This document shows, piece by piece, positions 19,202 to 28,771 of a stretch of DNA of 64,000 nucleotides. The notes under the pieces are model-generated. The model made no database searches, was not told the origin of the DNA, and saw nothing but the letters and a program-made list of their open reading frames with translations. This stretch comes from an uncultured delta proteobacterium. Its GTDB lineage: Bacteria > Desulfobacterota > Binatia > UBA9968. Location: contig CAVUZH010000022.1 of NCBI GenBank assembly GCA_963745835.1, positions 320,001-384,000 on the forward strand, given 5' to 3'. The first letter of the stretch is position 1. Each line of letters opens with the position of its first letter. Made by a program: the position numbers and the translations under genes.

Positions 19202-20047
19202 TCACATACGGTCTTGAGAAGATCGGAGCCCTCTGAACACCCGCTCGTCTTGGTGGCAGACGATACAGGAAGCTTGCCCGCGCTCTTCCAAATTGGAGAC
19301 AAGCGCATACGTCAATCCATTGTCCGACCATGTGAGCACTTTCCAACCATTTACAGATTGAAAATGAAACCGCAGCCCTTCCCAAAGGATCTCTTCACCA
19401 CCTGATGGTCGCGCCACCGCATCCGAGGTCACCACCAAAGAGATCGGGTGACCCTTTAGGCGATAAACAATATAGGCTGCATAATCTTCCTTGAACCCGA
19501 CCAAACGTCCGCCTTCGACGTGGTAAGGCTTCGGTTCCGCCGCCTGCGGATAATCAGGCAGTTTCAAATTGAAGCCGAGCTTTCCGGCGAACCAGGTGGA
19601 AATCTTTTCAGGCGATTCGCTGAACACTTCTAGGGGTAACTGTCCCTTGAGGTACCGCACATGATTGTTGACGGCCATGGTAACAAACGAGCCGCGGTCT
19701 TCTTGGAGAGAGTTTGGCACAGCCAGCCAAAAAGCAGCGAACGCGAGCAGCAAAAGAGCGCAGGCCGCAATGATTGGCCGCGAACAAACAAATTTGGTTC
19801 GCCTGCCTGAGCTCTGCACCAGCTGGGCAACGTTTGCCTGCAATGATGCCGGAGCCGTATAAACCGGACGCGCGCTGCGTATCGCCGAAACCAACTCACG
19901 CTCGGCCTCCAAAGCGGCACGGCAGTCGGGGCAGCTCTTGATGTGTGTTTCCACAGCCAAGCGCTCGCCGTTCTGGAGCTCGTCGTCCAGATACAACGGG
20001 ATATGTTCTAGAATGTGATTATCCACTTCCACGCTTTCGCCGCACAA
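19202..20047 (-). CDS. membrane anti-sigma factor (zf-HC2) with C-terminal CxxCH
   Basis: HIKSCPDC zinc motif, one TM helix, periplasmic GGRL...LTYALVS, terminal CIVCH. Confidence 0.88.
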   Translation of the reverse strand: MCGESVEVDNHILEHIPLYLDDELQNGERLAVETHIKSCPDCRAALEAERELVSAIRSARPVYTAPASLQANVAQLVQSSGRRTKFVCSRPIIAACALLLLAFAAFWLAVPNSLQEDRGSFVTMAVNNHVRYLKGQLPLEVFSESPEKISTWFAGKLGFNLKLPDYPQAAEPKPYHVEGGRLVGFKEDYAAYIVYRLKGHPISLVVTSDAVARPSGGEEILWEGLRFHFQSVNGWKVLTWSDNGLTYALVSNLEERGQASCIVCHQDERVFRGLRSSQDRM

Positions 20048-20603
20048 CCATTAAGGCATTGGTTTTCTCAGCCAACATACTGCGAAGTTCCGCCCGCGCG
20101 CGATTCAAACGGGACATGACGGTTCCGGCGGGGCATCCCAAGATCGATGCGATTTGCCGGTAGCTGAATCCTTCGAAATAACGGAGCACCACGACTTCAC
20201 GAAACATTTCCGGCAAGCCTGAAATCGCCAGACGAATCTTTCCGGAGATCACGTTGCGCTCAAAATGATCCTCCGGGCGCTCTCGCTCATCGGACAACCA
20301 TGGTTGCAGCGGACCGCCGTCGATTCGATGTTTTCCCAGCAGAACAAACTCCGGCCCGTTGGCACGCCGGCGCCATTCATTGATCCAGATGTTGCGCAGA
20401 ATAGTAAAAAGCCACACTTTGGGATCGCTCTTAATGGCGGTGTGGGTCATTCCTTTGATGGCGCGGAGGCAGGCCTCTTGGACTAAGTCCTCGGCGTCCG
20501 TGCGATTGCTAGTCAAAGTCATGGCGAATCCGTAGAGCGCGCCAAGGTTTTCGAGAATAGCGTGCTCACCGTTGCCAGACGCTGTTTTCCGGAATCGGAT
20601 CAC
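20019..20603 (-). CDS. ECF RNA polymerase sigma factor
   Basis: DAEDLVQE, WLFTILRN, GFSYRQIASILGCPAGTVMSRLNRAR. Confidence 0.93.
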   Translation of the reverse strand: MIRFRKTASGNGEHAILENLGALYGFAMTLTSNRTDAEDLVQEACLRAIKGMTHTAIKSDPKVWLFTILRNIWINEWRRRANGPEFVLLGKHRIDGGPLQPWLSDERERPEDHFERNVISGKIRLAISGLPEMFREVVVLRYFEGFSYRQIASILGCPAGTVMSRLNRARAELRSMLAEKTNALMVVRRKRGSG

Positions 20604-20774
20604 AGCAGATACTCCTTGCCAGAGAATCCGTCGCCGACTTTTTTATTTCAACCCAATCACGCTGCTTAATTAAACCTCTCTCGTTTTCATGTCAATCACA
20701 AACCGCGACCCGCGCGAGAACGAAAATTAGGAGAACTGACGCTGGTAATCTATTTGCTCCCTACGGAAAACCCG

Positions 20775-20800
20775 GGAATAAATTTCCCCCTCGGTTGTCT
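20775..20800 (+). promoter_or_regulatory. putative ECF-type promoter (GGAATAAA...GTCT)
   Basis: GGAAT-N17-GTCT upstream of the operon divergent from the ECF sigma; inference. Confidence 0.45.
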
Positions 20801-20867
20801 TTATCTAATAGCAGCTCAAAACAGCTCTGGCCGTGAGATCGAAGCGCTCGATTGTGGGAGGCAAGCT

Positions 20868-21623
20868 ATGTCCCATCGCTGTGTATTTTCCTTCGCCTTT
20901 TCTAAGCGCGTGTGGCTCTCGCTCGCGCTTGCAGCGATCCCCCCTTCTGGCGCCTGGTCTTATGAAGAAATTAAGGTTGCCGACGGCGGCACGATCGAGG
21001 GAAAGGTCGTGTTCCGAGGCACCGTGCCGAGTCCCCGGAAGGTGATTCCGACGCAGGATCAAGAGGTTTGCGGCGGGCCAAGAGACGAGCCGCGGCTCGT
21101 TCTTGGATCCGATAACACCGTCCCGGGAGCCGTTGTTTTCTTGAAGGGAGTCGAGAAAGGCAAAGCGTTCGAAAAGCCCAAGAAGCCTCCGGTTGTTGAT
21201 AACGCGAAGTGCAAGTTCGAGCCTGAGATTCAGGTCGTCCCGGCCGGGACGGAAATCCTGATCCTCAACTCGGACCCCGTGCTCCATAACACCCATGGTT
21301 ATCTCTTGACCGATAGCCGCAGGGGACGCACGGTTTTCAATCAGGCGTTGCCGCAAAAGGGACAACAGGTAAAATCGACCCTCAAATCGCCGGGGGTAGT
21401 GGACGTCGCATGCGACGTCCACGGTTGGATGCAGGGCTGGATCGTGGTGGCGGACAACCCGTATTTCGCGGTGACCGAAAAAAACGGCACCTTTGCGATC
21501 AAAGACATCCCGCCGGGAAAATACACCTTGGCTACTTTTCAACCTTATGTCGGAGTCAGAGAAACGCCGGTTACCGTTGAGTCGAAGAAAACCAACAACA
21601 TCAACGTCGAGCTAAAAAAATAG
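20868..21623 (+). CDS. secreted cupredoxin-like / carboxypeptidase-regulatory-like domain protein
   Basis: Signal peptide; NSDPVLHN and CDVHGWM (type-1 Cu-like ligands); GTFAIKDIPPGKY. Confidence 0.8.
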   Translation: MSHRCVFSFAFSKRVWLSLALAAIPPSGAWSYEEIKVADGGTIEGKVVFRGTVPSPRKVIPTQDQEVCGGPRDEPRLVLGSDNTVPGAVVFLKGVEKGKAFEKPKKPPVVDNAKCKFEPEIQVVPAGTEILILNSDPVLHNTHGYLLTDSRRGRTVFNQALPQKGQQVKSTLKSPGVVDVACDVHGWMQGWIVVADNPYFAVTEKNGTFAIKDIPPGKYTLATFQPYVGVRETPVTVESKKTNNINVELKK

Positions 21624-21667
21624 CGGCAAAGACGCCGCAGGGCTCCTGTTTCAGGAAGGAGGAAGCA

Positions 21668-22807
21668 ATGAGCGACTTTGACCGTGAACGGCGCGAGGCT
21701 CAACGTGAATTGCACAACCCTGATCGGAGGCCCGATCCATCTCTCAGTATAACGCGGCGAACTTTCCTTCATAAGTCGTTAGTAGCGGGAGCTGTAACCG
21801 GAGCGGCGACGTATGGATGGTTTCCGTTGATCAATACGCTGACTCTGGCTCATGGGGCGCAAGCCGCGTTTAGCTTTGCCTGGCTTTCCGATACACACCT
21901 CTACCCCAAGAACGTCAATACGCGCTTTGTCGAGAAAGCCGTACGGGCGGTGAAAGAAATCCAGGCCATGAAGCCGGCGGCGGATTTTCTTATGTTCGGT
22001 GGCGATCTGGCCCAACTTGCCGACCCTGTAGAGCTGCGCCTCGGCAACGACATTCTCAAGGAAATAACCATCAAAAAGCATTTTATTCCCGGCGAGCACG
22101 ATTGGTATCTGGACATGGGGAAAACCTGGAATAGTCTATTCGGCAATTCACCTTGGACCTTTGAACATAAAGGCGTCCAGTTCATAGGCCTGGATACAGT
22201 GAGTCGAGCGCCTGACTATTGGTCAGCGACCAAGATGACCCCGAAAGAGAGGATGGGTCACATGGCTGGGCTGGACGGAACAGTGGCTGGACCATGGGCC
22301 GGGGTAGGCGGCGACCAGCTGCAGTGGCTGAACAAAACGCTTTCGCCTTTACCCAAAGACAGAGCGATCGTAATTTTCAGTCATAATCCTCTCTACGAGT
22401 ACTATCCTCCATGGAATTTCTGGGTCCGTGATTGGCGCCAAGTTCATGAGGTTCTCAAGCCCTATACCAATGTCACGAATATCCACGGTCATACACATCA
22501 GGTCCTCTACAACGAAATCGGTACGATGAGATCGATCGGCATGCTAGCGACTTCATGGCCATGGCCCTATGCGCCGGAAGGAGTTCCCACGCTGACCAAG
22601 CCGATGATCCGAGTAAATCCCGGAGATCACTTTGACGGCGTCGGCTGGGGGAAAATTACCGTGAGCGCGGCGCCAAAGGTCGATTACGAATACATGATGT
22701 GGCGTAAAGCCGTTTATGCAGAAGCGGAAGTTGATTCGGGTACCGGCGACAACAACAACCAGAGATTGAGACCGCGGATCGCCGATCAAATGTGGCCTTA
22801 TAAATGA
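21668..22807 (+). CDS. Tat-exported calcineurin-like metallophosphoesterase
   Basis: TRRTFL twin-arginine motif; SDTH, GGDLAQ, PGEHD, SHNP, HGHTH. Confidence 0.88.
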   Translation: MSDFDRERREAQRELHNPDRRPDPSLSITRRTFLHKSLVAGAVTGAATYGWFPLINTLTLAHGAQAAFSFAWLSDTHLYPKNVNTRFVEKAVRAVKEIQAMKPAADFLMFGGDLAQLADPVELRLGNDILKEITIKKHFIPGEHDWYLDMGKTWNSLFGNSPWTFEHKGVQFIGLDTVSRAPDYWSATKMTPKERMGHMAGLDGTVAGPWAGVGGDQLQWLNKTLSPLPKDRAIVIFSHNPLYEYYPPWNFWVRDWRQVHEVLKPYTNVTNIHGHTHQVLYNEIGTMRSIGMLATSWPWPYAPEGVPTLTKPMIRVNPGDHFDGVGWGKITVSAAPKVDYEYMMWRKAVYAEAEVDSGTGDNNNQRLRPRIADQMWPYK

Positions 22808-22839
22808 TAACGAGGTGACGAAAGGAAAGGTTAGTCGTC

Positions 22840-23298
22840 ATGAGAAAGATTCTCCCGTGGCACGCTGGACTGCTTCTCATAGCAGTATTTCTTTTCGTTT
22901 TTGCTTCTCGAATGGATCATGTCCTGGCGCACAAGGAAAAACATACCCCGGAACAACTCAAAGCATTCTTTGACGTTTTCATGGAGCAGGTGCGGGTCGG
23001 GGATCTCTTGTTTCACGGCGATGGCGAGATGGAAAAAAAGCTCGGAACAAATTTATCTCGGACCGGTATGGCCTGCGCCATGTGTCACCCCTTTGCATCG
23101 GACACACACCCGCACGAATTTCCTAAGTTTGGGGAACAGACTCAGGAGTTCGCGACCTTGCGGGATATGATCAACTGGTGCATCGAGAATCCAAACGAGG
23201 GCGAAAGAATCGACGTCAACGGCCCTGCCATGAAAGCAATGGAAGCGTATATTTACTGGTCTAACAAAGGCTCAGTGTTGGATGCGGGGAAACACTAG
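22840..23298 (+). CDS. monoheme cytochrome c, SoxA/TsdA-like domain
   Basis: Signal peptide, CAMCH, TLRDMINWCIE...MKAMEAYI. Confidence 0.75.
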   Translation: MRKILPWHAGLLLIAVFLFVFASRMDHVLAHKEKHTPEQLKAFFDVFMEQVRVGDLLFHGDGEMEKKLGTNLSRTGMACAMCHPFASDTHPHEFPKFGEQTQEFATLRDMINWCIENPNEGERIDVNGPAMKAMEAYIYWSNKGSVLDAGKH

Positions 23299-23427
23299 CG
23301 GCCAGCTCAAAAGCCTCATATGCTTCGTTGCCCTCAATTGACTAGCTGCAACGTACTGTCTGAGTATGCTTCCGCTCGTCGATATTTCGCACGCTTGGTC
23401 TCTGAGATCATTTTGAGCAGCCTGCAA
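23295..23427. mobile_element. MITE/REP-like element (degenerate copy 2)
   Basis: CTAGCGGCCAGCTCAAAA ... TTTTGAGCAGCCTGC ends; shares internal blocks CTTCGTTGCC, CTCAAT, TCCGCTCGTCGAT with the 8150 copy. Confidence 0.65.
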
Positions 23428-23554
23428 TCGCAGTTTTCAGCTACTGGTTGACTAAATTGGTCTCTGGGAAAAGGGATAAGCCAAGGTGAGGGTGCATGCT
23501 GATCACACATAACCCGCTGATCAAAGTAGGGAAATATTGCAGGCAACATCTAAG

Positions 23555-24385
23555 ATGAATTCTCCGGATATTTCCCGAAGAAGTTTCTGCAGGTGGAGTT
23601 CTTCACTTGTGTTGGCGGGAATCTTTACAGGTCTGAAGAATCGGCTGGGGCTGGCGCTTGATCCGGAATCGCCGGACGGCATGCTGACGGATATGCATAC
23701 GCCCAGGCTGATTCTGCCGACTATGACACGAAATGGAAATCAAGTTCCTGTCGTCGTCAAGATGAACCATCCGATGGAATTGGGCCATTACATCCGACGA
23801 GTTGAGTTCCGTAACGAAACCGACCCGATTCCCTCCAAAGGGATTTTCCACCCCACCGCCGCTAATGGTGAGACCTACTTGGCTTTCCAAGCCCGAATGG
23901 ACAGCGGCACCTCGACAGTCCTCGCTATCGCCGAATGCAGTTTACACGGGACTTGGATCGCCCGCCGCCAGATTACGATTCCCGATGGGCAAGGCGGCTG
24001 CGCCACGGTCGGCGTGCCCAAAGACGCTGCGGCCACAGAAGAGATTGTCCCGCCCGTGATCAGGATTCCTGAATTGGTCCGCAGGAACCGCCTGACTAAA
24101 GGAGAAATGGCCGAGGTCCAGGTCCAATTCAAACACCCAAGCAAGACCGGTCTTGCTTATGATGATAAAAAATTCGTCCAGATCGAAGAGCCTTTCTACA
24201 TCACATCGATGCAGGTTCTGTACGGGGAGCGCTTGGTCAGCCGCTACGAAATGACCGCAGGTTTGAGCGACAATCCCTTTTTGAAGTTCAAGCTCAAGTT
24301 CACAGAAGAAAAACCCATTCGGGTTGTTTTTACCAACAGTAGGGGCCGGCAATTCAGCGCCAGCGCGCCGGTGGTTCTATCTTAA
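23555..24385 (+). CDS. fused SoxY-SoxZ-like sulfur carrier
   Basis: Tat motif SRRSF; SoxY-like half (NGNQVPV, RMDSGTSTVLAIA, GQGGC); SoxZ-like half (HPSKTGL, LSDNPFLKFKL). Confidence 0.75.
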   Translation: MNSPDISRRSFCRWSSSLVLAGIFTGLKNRLGLALDPESPDGMLTDMHTPRLILPTMTRNGNQVPVVVKMNHPMELGHYIRRVEFRNETDPIPSKGIFHPTAANGETYLAFQARMDSGTSTVLAIAECSLHGTWIARRQITIPDGQGGCATVGVPKDAAATEEIVPPVIRIPELVRRNRLTKGEMAEVQVQFKHPSKTGLAYDDKKFVQIEEPFYITSMQVLYGERLVSRYEMTAGLSDNPFLKFKLKFTEEKPIRVVFTNSRGRQFSASAPVVLS

Positions 24386-24390
24386 ACTTC

Positions 24391-25602
24391 ATGGGCCGGC
24401 TCTCGCTGACAGCGGCGGTTATCCTGATCGGCATACTTTGGAAGCTCGTCCCAGGAAAGACATTATCGGAGATGTTGGGATCGACAGGAGCGGACGGTGT
24501 TGTTGCGGGCAGCGCCGAACCGGCGGCCAGCTTTCATAACAAGCCGCTTCCAGCTGCCCAGTGCGGCTTTTGCCACCCCAGACACTATGACGAATGGCGC
24601 CGCTCATCTCACGCGAGCTCTCTGAGGTCCGATGATTTTGTCAGGACATTCTCGCAATATCTCGACTCGGTCGGCGAGCAGGCGCGAGAAGATTCGCAAT
24701 CATCCATGGCTTGTCTTTCGTGCCATGCCCCTCTTCTGAAACATGCCGAGCCGGGAATCGTTGGTCAGGTCGCCGGTTTTGTGCTGGCCCGGGAAACAGA
24801 AAAACTAGCCGGCTTCGAAGTTGGTTGTGTCGCTTGTCACGTTGCTGGAAACCGCGTCTTTGCCGGCCCGATCGAAAAGCCGCAGAACAATCCGTTCCAC
24901 CTTTCAAAATTTTCCCCGTCCTACAGAGAAGCGTCGTTTTGCGCCGATTGCCACACCTGGACTGCCTCTACGATTCCCTGCTCCAACGTCTACACGGACT
25001 GGAAGCTAAGCCGAGCGGCCAAAGCAGGGACAACCTGCCAGTCCTGCCACATGGCTGAGACCAGCGGCAGCGCCGCTGCCGGAGGACCCGAGAGAAAAAT
25101 ACACGACCATGGTTTTCCGGGCGCAGGTTCGGCCGCCATGCTGCAAAAAACAGTGGTGCTTGGTCTGAAAGCCAACTTTCCGAAGAATCGTCTCGAAGTG
25201 ACCGCCACGATCCGCAATCTTACTCCTCATCGGGTGCCCGATGGCTGACCGTGGAACAGCTACGCGGTCCTGGAGGTGACCGTAGCGGATGAAACCGGAT
25301 GGGAATTCGAGACCATAAAACGGACCTACGCCAATTTCGGCATCGATAAAAATGGCGAGAGTACTGGGATCGCTTGGAAGATTGTCAGGCAATCGCCGGA
25401 TTCAACGGCATTGAGAGCGGAGGAAGTTCGCATAGAAAAAATCAGTTTTAACGTCGAGCCGCGGGACGGCAAGCGATTCACGATCCAGGCGAGGATGCGT
25501 TACCAGTACGCGCCCGCGCCACAGGATGGCTCCCGTCAAGAGAGTGACGGCAGGCAAATGGCGCAGGCAACCTTAACGCTACCGGGCAAGCGCCCGTCTT
25601 AG
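24391..25602 (+). CDS. pentaheme cytochrome c, probable selenoprotein (Sec at TGA 25246-25248)
   Basis: Five CxxCH (CGFCH, CLSCH, CVACH, CADCH, CQSCH). ORF 25276-25602 is in the same frame with no other stop; readthrough gives HRVPDG-U-PW in 403 aa. Confidence 0.8.
25259..25286 (+). promoter_or_regulatory. putative bacterial SECIS hairpin
   Basis: GCTAC(GC)GGTC-CTGGAGGT-GACCGTAGC stem-loop starting 10 nt after the TGA, with a G-containing apical loop. Confidence 0.65.
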
Positions 25603-25620
25603 TTTGCAAGAGCAAATCGC

Positions 25621-27027
25621 ATGGCAGATCACGTGATTGAAAACGGCAACGAGGTCATCAACCCAGAGCTGATCAAGGGTTGGCTGCTTTGGGGGTTCGT
25701 CTGGGTGCTTTTAGCGCCGACCCTCGGCGTTATCATCTCGACCAAGTTCACCTATCCCGAATTTTTGGAGGGAGTCCCGGCGCTGACGTTCGGCAGGTTA
25801 CGGCCGATTCACGTCAATGGCGTGATCTTCGGGACTTTTTCGACTCTCTTCATCGGGCTTTGCTACTACATTGTGCCCAAGCTGGCGCAGGTCCGGATCT
25901 ACAAAGAGGAATGGGGCTATCCCATGCTTTGGATCTGGAACCTGGCTCTGATCGCCGGCTTCGTCTCGCTCGCTCTGGGATACAATCAAGGCCTTGAAGC
26001 CGCCGAGTTTCCTCTTGTCATCGACATCATCATCTGGATTGCCTTGCTCGCCGTTACAGTCCAATTTCTCGTTACCGTGGCGCGGCGCAAGGAGCCGGGA
26101 CTTTACGTGAGCCTCTGGTATCTGATTGCCGCTCTGGTTTGGATGGATATCAACTGGCCGTTCGGCAACTTTATTATTCCGTACGCGATCCCCGGCATAA
26201 ACAATGCCGCGCTCCATGGTCTCTACATCCATTACATCGTGGGGCTCTGGATCACGCCCGCTGGCTATGTGCTGATCTATTATTTCCTGCCGGCAAGCGT
26301 TAGAAATCCGATCTACAGTCATAAGCTTTCGCTGATCGGCTTCTGGTCTCTCGCGCTCTTTTATCCATTCGTCGGCATTCATCACTATCTATTCAGTCCG
26401 ATCGCCGACTGGGCGGAGACGATTTCGATTATGATGAGCGTTTTGCTGATTTTGCCCGTGTGGACGGTGCTGCAAAATTTTTTCGGCACGATGATTGGGC
26501 GCTGGCAAGGCTTCGCCGGTAATCTCACCGCCAAATTCCTCATCACGGGCGCCCTCATGTACATTATCGGTTGTTTTCAAGGATCGACCGAGGCGCTGCA
26601 GGCCTTGCAGCGGCCCACCCATTTTACCGACTTCGTCATCGCGCACTCACACCTGACGATCTTCGGCACGTTCGTGCTTTGGGCTCTCGCAGGAGTCGTC
26701 TATGTCTGGCCGCGCGTGACCGGCCGCGAGCTCTATAGTTTCCGGATGGCCAACTGGGGCTATTGGCTGATCACCATGGGCATCTCCGCCATGGGTGTGA
26801 TTCTGACAGCACAAGGATTACAGCAAGGTTTCATGCTGATTGCCGGCGCAGAGTGGCTCGACTCGCTTGTCTCCATGCACCCCTTCTGGTGGTTCAGAAC
26901 GTTTTCGGGGATCTCCATGGACGTGGGTATGAGTCTTCTCCTGCTTAGCTTGTTGTGGGGACCGAAGTCGCCGGCGGCGGAATCATCTCTGGCACGCCAC
27001 CCGCAAACCGCGCCTGCGGCCGTTTAG
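25621..27027 (+). CDS. cbb3-like (C-family) heme-copper oxidase subunit I, divergent
   Basis: FGRLRPIHVNG, YIHYIVG, FYPFVGIHHY, IAHSHL: all six His ligands plus a helix-VII Tyr; PIYSHKLS. Confidence 0.85.
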   Translation: MADHVIENGNEVINPELIKGWLLWGFVWVLLAPTLGVIISTKFTYPEFLEGVPALTFGRLRPIHVNGVIFGTFSTLFIGLCYYIVPKLAQVRIYKEEWGYPMLWIWNLALIAGFVSLALGYNQGLEAAEFPLVIDIIIWIALLAVTVQFLVTVARRKEPGLYVSLWYLIAALVWMDINWPFGNFIIPYAIPGINNAALHGLYIHYIVGLWITPAGYVLIYYFLPASVRNPIYSHKLSLIGFWSLALFYPFVGIHHYLFSPIADWAETISIMMSVLLILPVWTVLQNFFGTMIGRWQGFAGNLTAKFLITGALMYIIGCFQGSTEALQALQRPTHFTDFVIAHSHLTIFGTFVLWALAGVVYVWPRVTGRELYSFRMANWGYWLITMGISAMGVILTAQGLQQGFMLIAGAEWLDSLVSMHPFWWFRTFSGISMDVGMSLLLLSLLWGPKSPAAESSLARHPQTAPAAV

Positions 27028-27040
27028 GAAAGAAAACAGA

Positions 27041-28696
27041 ATGCGATACGCAAAAACAGTAGCTGTCATTGCCGGCTTTGGCTTCATAACCCTGGCGCTT
27101 TTTGTCCAGGGACTTCTCCCCGCCCTGCTCCCGGAATCGCGCTCGGAGACAGTCTCACGGGCGGTCAGGACCCGTCTCACCGAGCTCAAATGGATCGAGT
27201 ACCCGGCTGAGAACTACACGGAGCTGGAGCAATTAGGAAGGCAAGTCTATATTCGAGAAGGCTGTTGGTATTGTCACTCTCAATATATCCGCCCGGTCAC
27301 CGGCGAAGATCAACGCTGGGGGCCGGTTTCCCAGGCGGGAGAATACGCCTTCGATGTGCCCCACCTGTTTAGCACCCGCAGGATCGGACCCGACCTCACT
27401 CGCGTCGGGCTGAAATACAGCGACCACTGGCATTTCGCCCATCACTGGAATCCGCGCTTGGTGGTGCCTGACTCGAACATGCCCTCTTTCCCTTGGCTGT
27501 ACGAGCAGATCACGGTCGGATTGGTGGAAAAAGATGGAAAGCTCGCCTTTAAAGACGATTCCGCGCTGCGCAAGATTTTTACCTTCAAAGAAGGAAGCGA
27601 AATCCAGATCCTGCCCAATATCGATGGGCTCGCTTTCGCTCGGGAGCGCGATGGAGTTCCGGTATTAAACTTCGATCCGTTGCCTGACCCGCCAAAGACA
27701 AAAACAATCACCATCGTCACGCCGACGCGAGAGGCGGAGGGATTGGTCGCTTATATTCAGAAGCTCGGCATGAATCGCGGCCAGTGGCGCGACCTCTTCG
27801 AACCTCAACGGGTTTTTGTCAGCCAGTTCTCCATTCCGGAGTCCCAGGACTGGATAGCTCACGGCAAGGAAGTTTACCTCCGGCGCTGCGTCGGTTGCCA
27901 TGGCGAGAAAGGAGACGGCAACGGTCCGGCAGCGACGTTTCTCAGTCCGCGACCACGCGACTTCAGGGACGCGGTCTTCAAATTTCGCATCACCCCGTCA
28001 GGCGCCCTGCCAACCGAAGGCGATCTTTACCGGACGATTACGCGCGGCATCCGCGGCACGGCGATGCCGCCCTGGCACGAGATTCCGGAAAAACAGCGCC
28101 TGGCGGTGATTCTATTTATCAAGACTTTCTCACCGGCCTGGAAAGACAAAAATTTGAAGGAAGCGCCGGTTAATCTTCCCGATCCTCCCGCGCCCAGCGA
28201 AGAGCTCATCGCTCAGGGCGAGAAACTTTATATCAACGAAGGAAAGTGCTGGAACTGCCATGGCGGTCCCGGGATAAAGGACAACCAACCGTTCAACTAT
28301 CCCTGGGGCCGGGGCCCATCGGCGCCGACTTTGAAAGACGATTGGGGCTTCCCCTTGCTCGCGAGCGATTTCACGACAGGAATATTTAAGTCGGGATCCG
28401 ACGTGACCGATATTTTTCGGACCATGAGCACGGGTCTGAACGGCGCAGCCATGCCGTCTTTCGCTACCAACCTGACCGATGAACAGCGCTGGGCCATCTC
28501 CTACTACGTGCTGAGCCTTTCCGCTTATCTCGATCCGCTGCATCAAAAGAAGCTCCAGATCCCGGAGCAGGTGAAGGCCGCGCTCGACGATCCGAATTTA
28601 AAGACGCCGACATGGCGAGCGGCGTTCGATCCGACAAAAGCGGAAACAGCGGTAGCCGGTGAAAGACCCAAGAACTATCTTAGGATCTCGGAATGA
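27041..28696 (+). CDS. CcoO-like subunit II fused to two extra cytochrome c domains
   Basis: GRQVYIREGCWYCHSQ, RRIGPDL, SNMPSFPWL, then CVGCH and CWNCH with distal AMP motifs. Confidence 0.88.
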   Translation: MRYAKTVAVIAGFGFITLALFVQGLLPALLPESRSETVSRAVRTRLTELKWIEYPAENYTELEQLGRQVYIREGCWYCHSQYIRPVTGEDQRWGPVSQAGEYAFDVPHLFSTRRIGPDLTRVGLKYSDHWHFAHHWNPRLVVPDSNMPSFPWLYEQITVGLVEKDGKLAFKDDSALRKIFTFKEGSEIQILPNIDGLAFARERDGVPVLNFDPLPDPPKTKTITIVTPTREAEGLVAYIQKLGMNRGQWRDLFEPQRVFVSQFSIPESQDWIAHGKEVYLRRCVGCHGEKGDGNGPAATFLSPRPRDFRDAVFKFRITPSGALPTEGDLYRTITRGIRGTAMPPWHEIPEKQRLAVILFIKTFSPAWKDKNLKEAPVNLPDPPAPSEELIAQGEKLYINEGKCWNCHGGPGIKDNQPFNYPWGRGPSAPTLKDDWGFPLLASDFTTGIFKSGSDVTDIFRTMSTGLNGAAMPSFATNLTDEQRWAISYYVLSLSAYLDPLHQKKLQIPEQVKAALDDPNLKTPTWRAAFDPTKAETAVAGERPKNYLRISE

Positions 28697-28771
28697 GAAA
28701 AGTGAATTTTAGCGCCGAAGAAAATGGTTTCGGCCAACGCCGAAGAGTGACATCCCAATGAGGTCAGAGCC

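Noticed and set aside
20805-21542. Long antisense ORFs (also 25798-26385, 51043-51759, 53829-54521 and others)
   Set aside because: They lie opposite well-supported genes and carry no motifs; typical shadows.
25276-25602. Independent 108-aa gene
   Set aside because: It is in frame with the upstream multiheme gene, has no signal peptide, and its start lies inside the SECIS-like hairpin; read as the post-Sec part.
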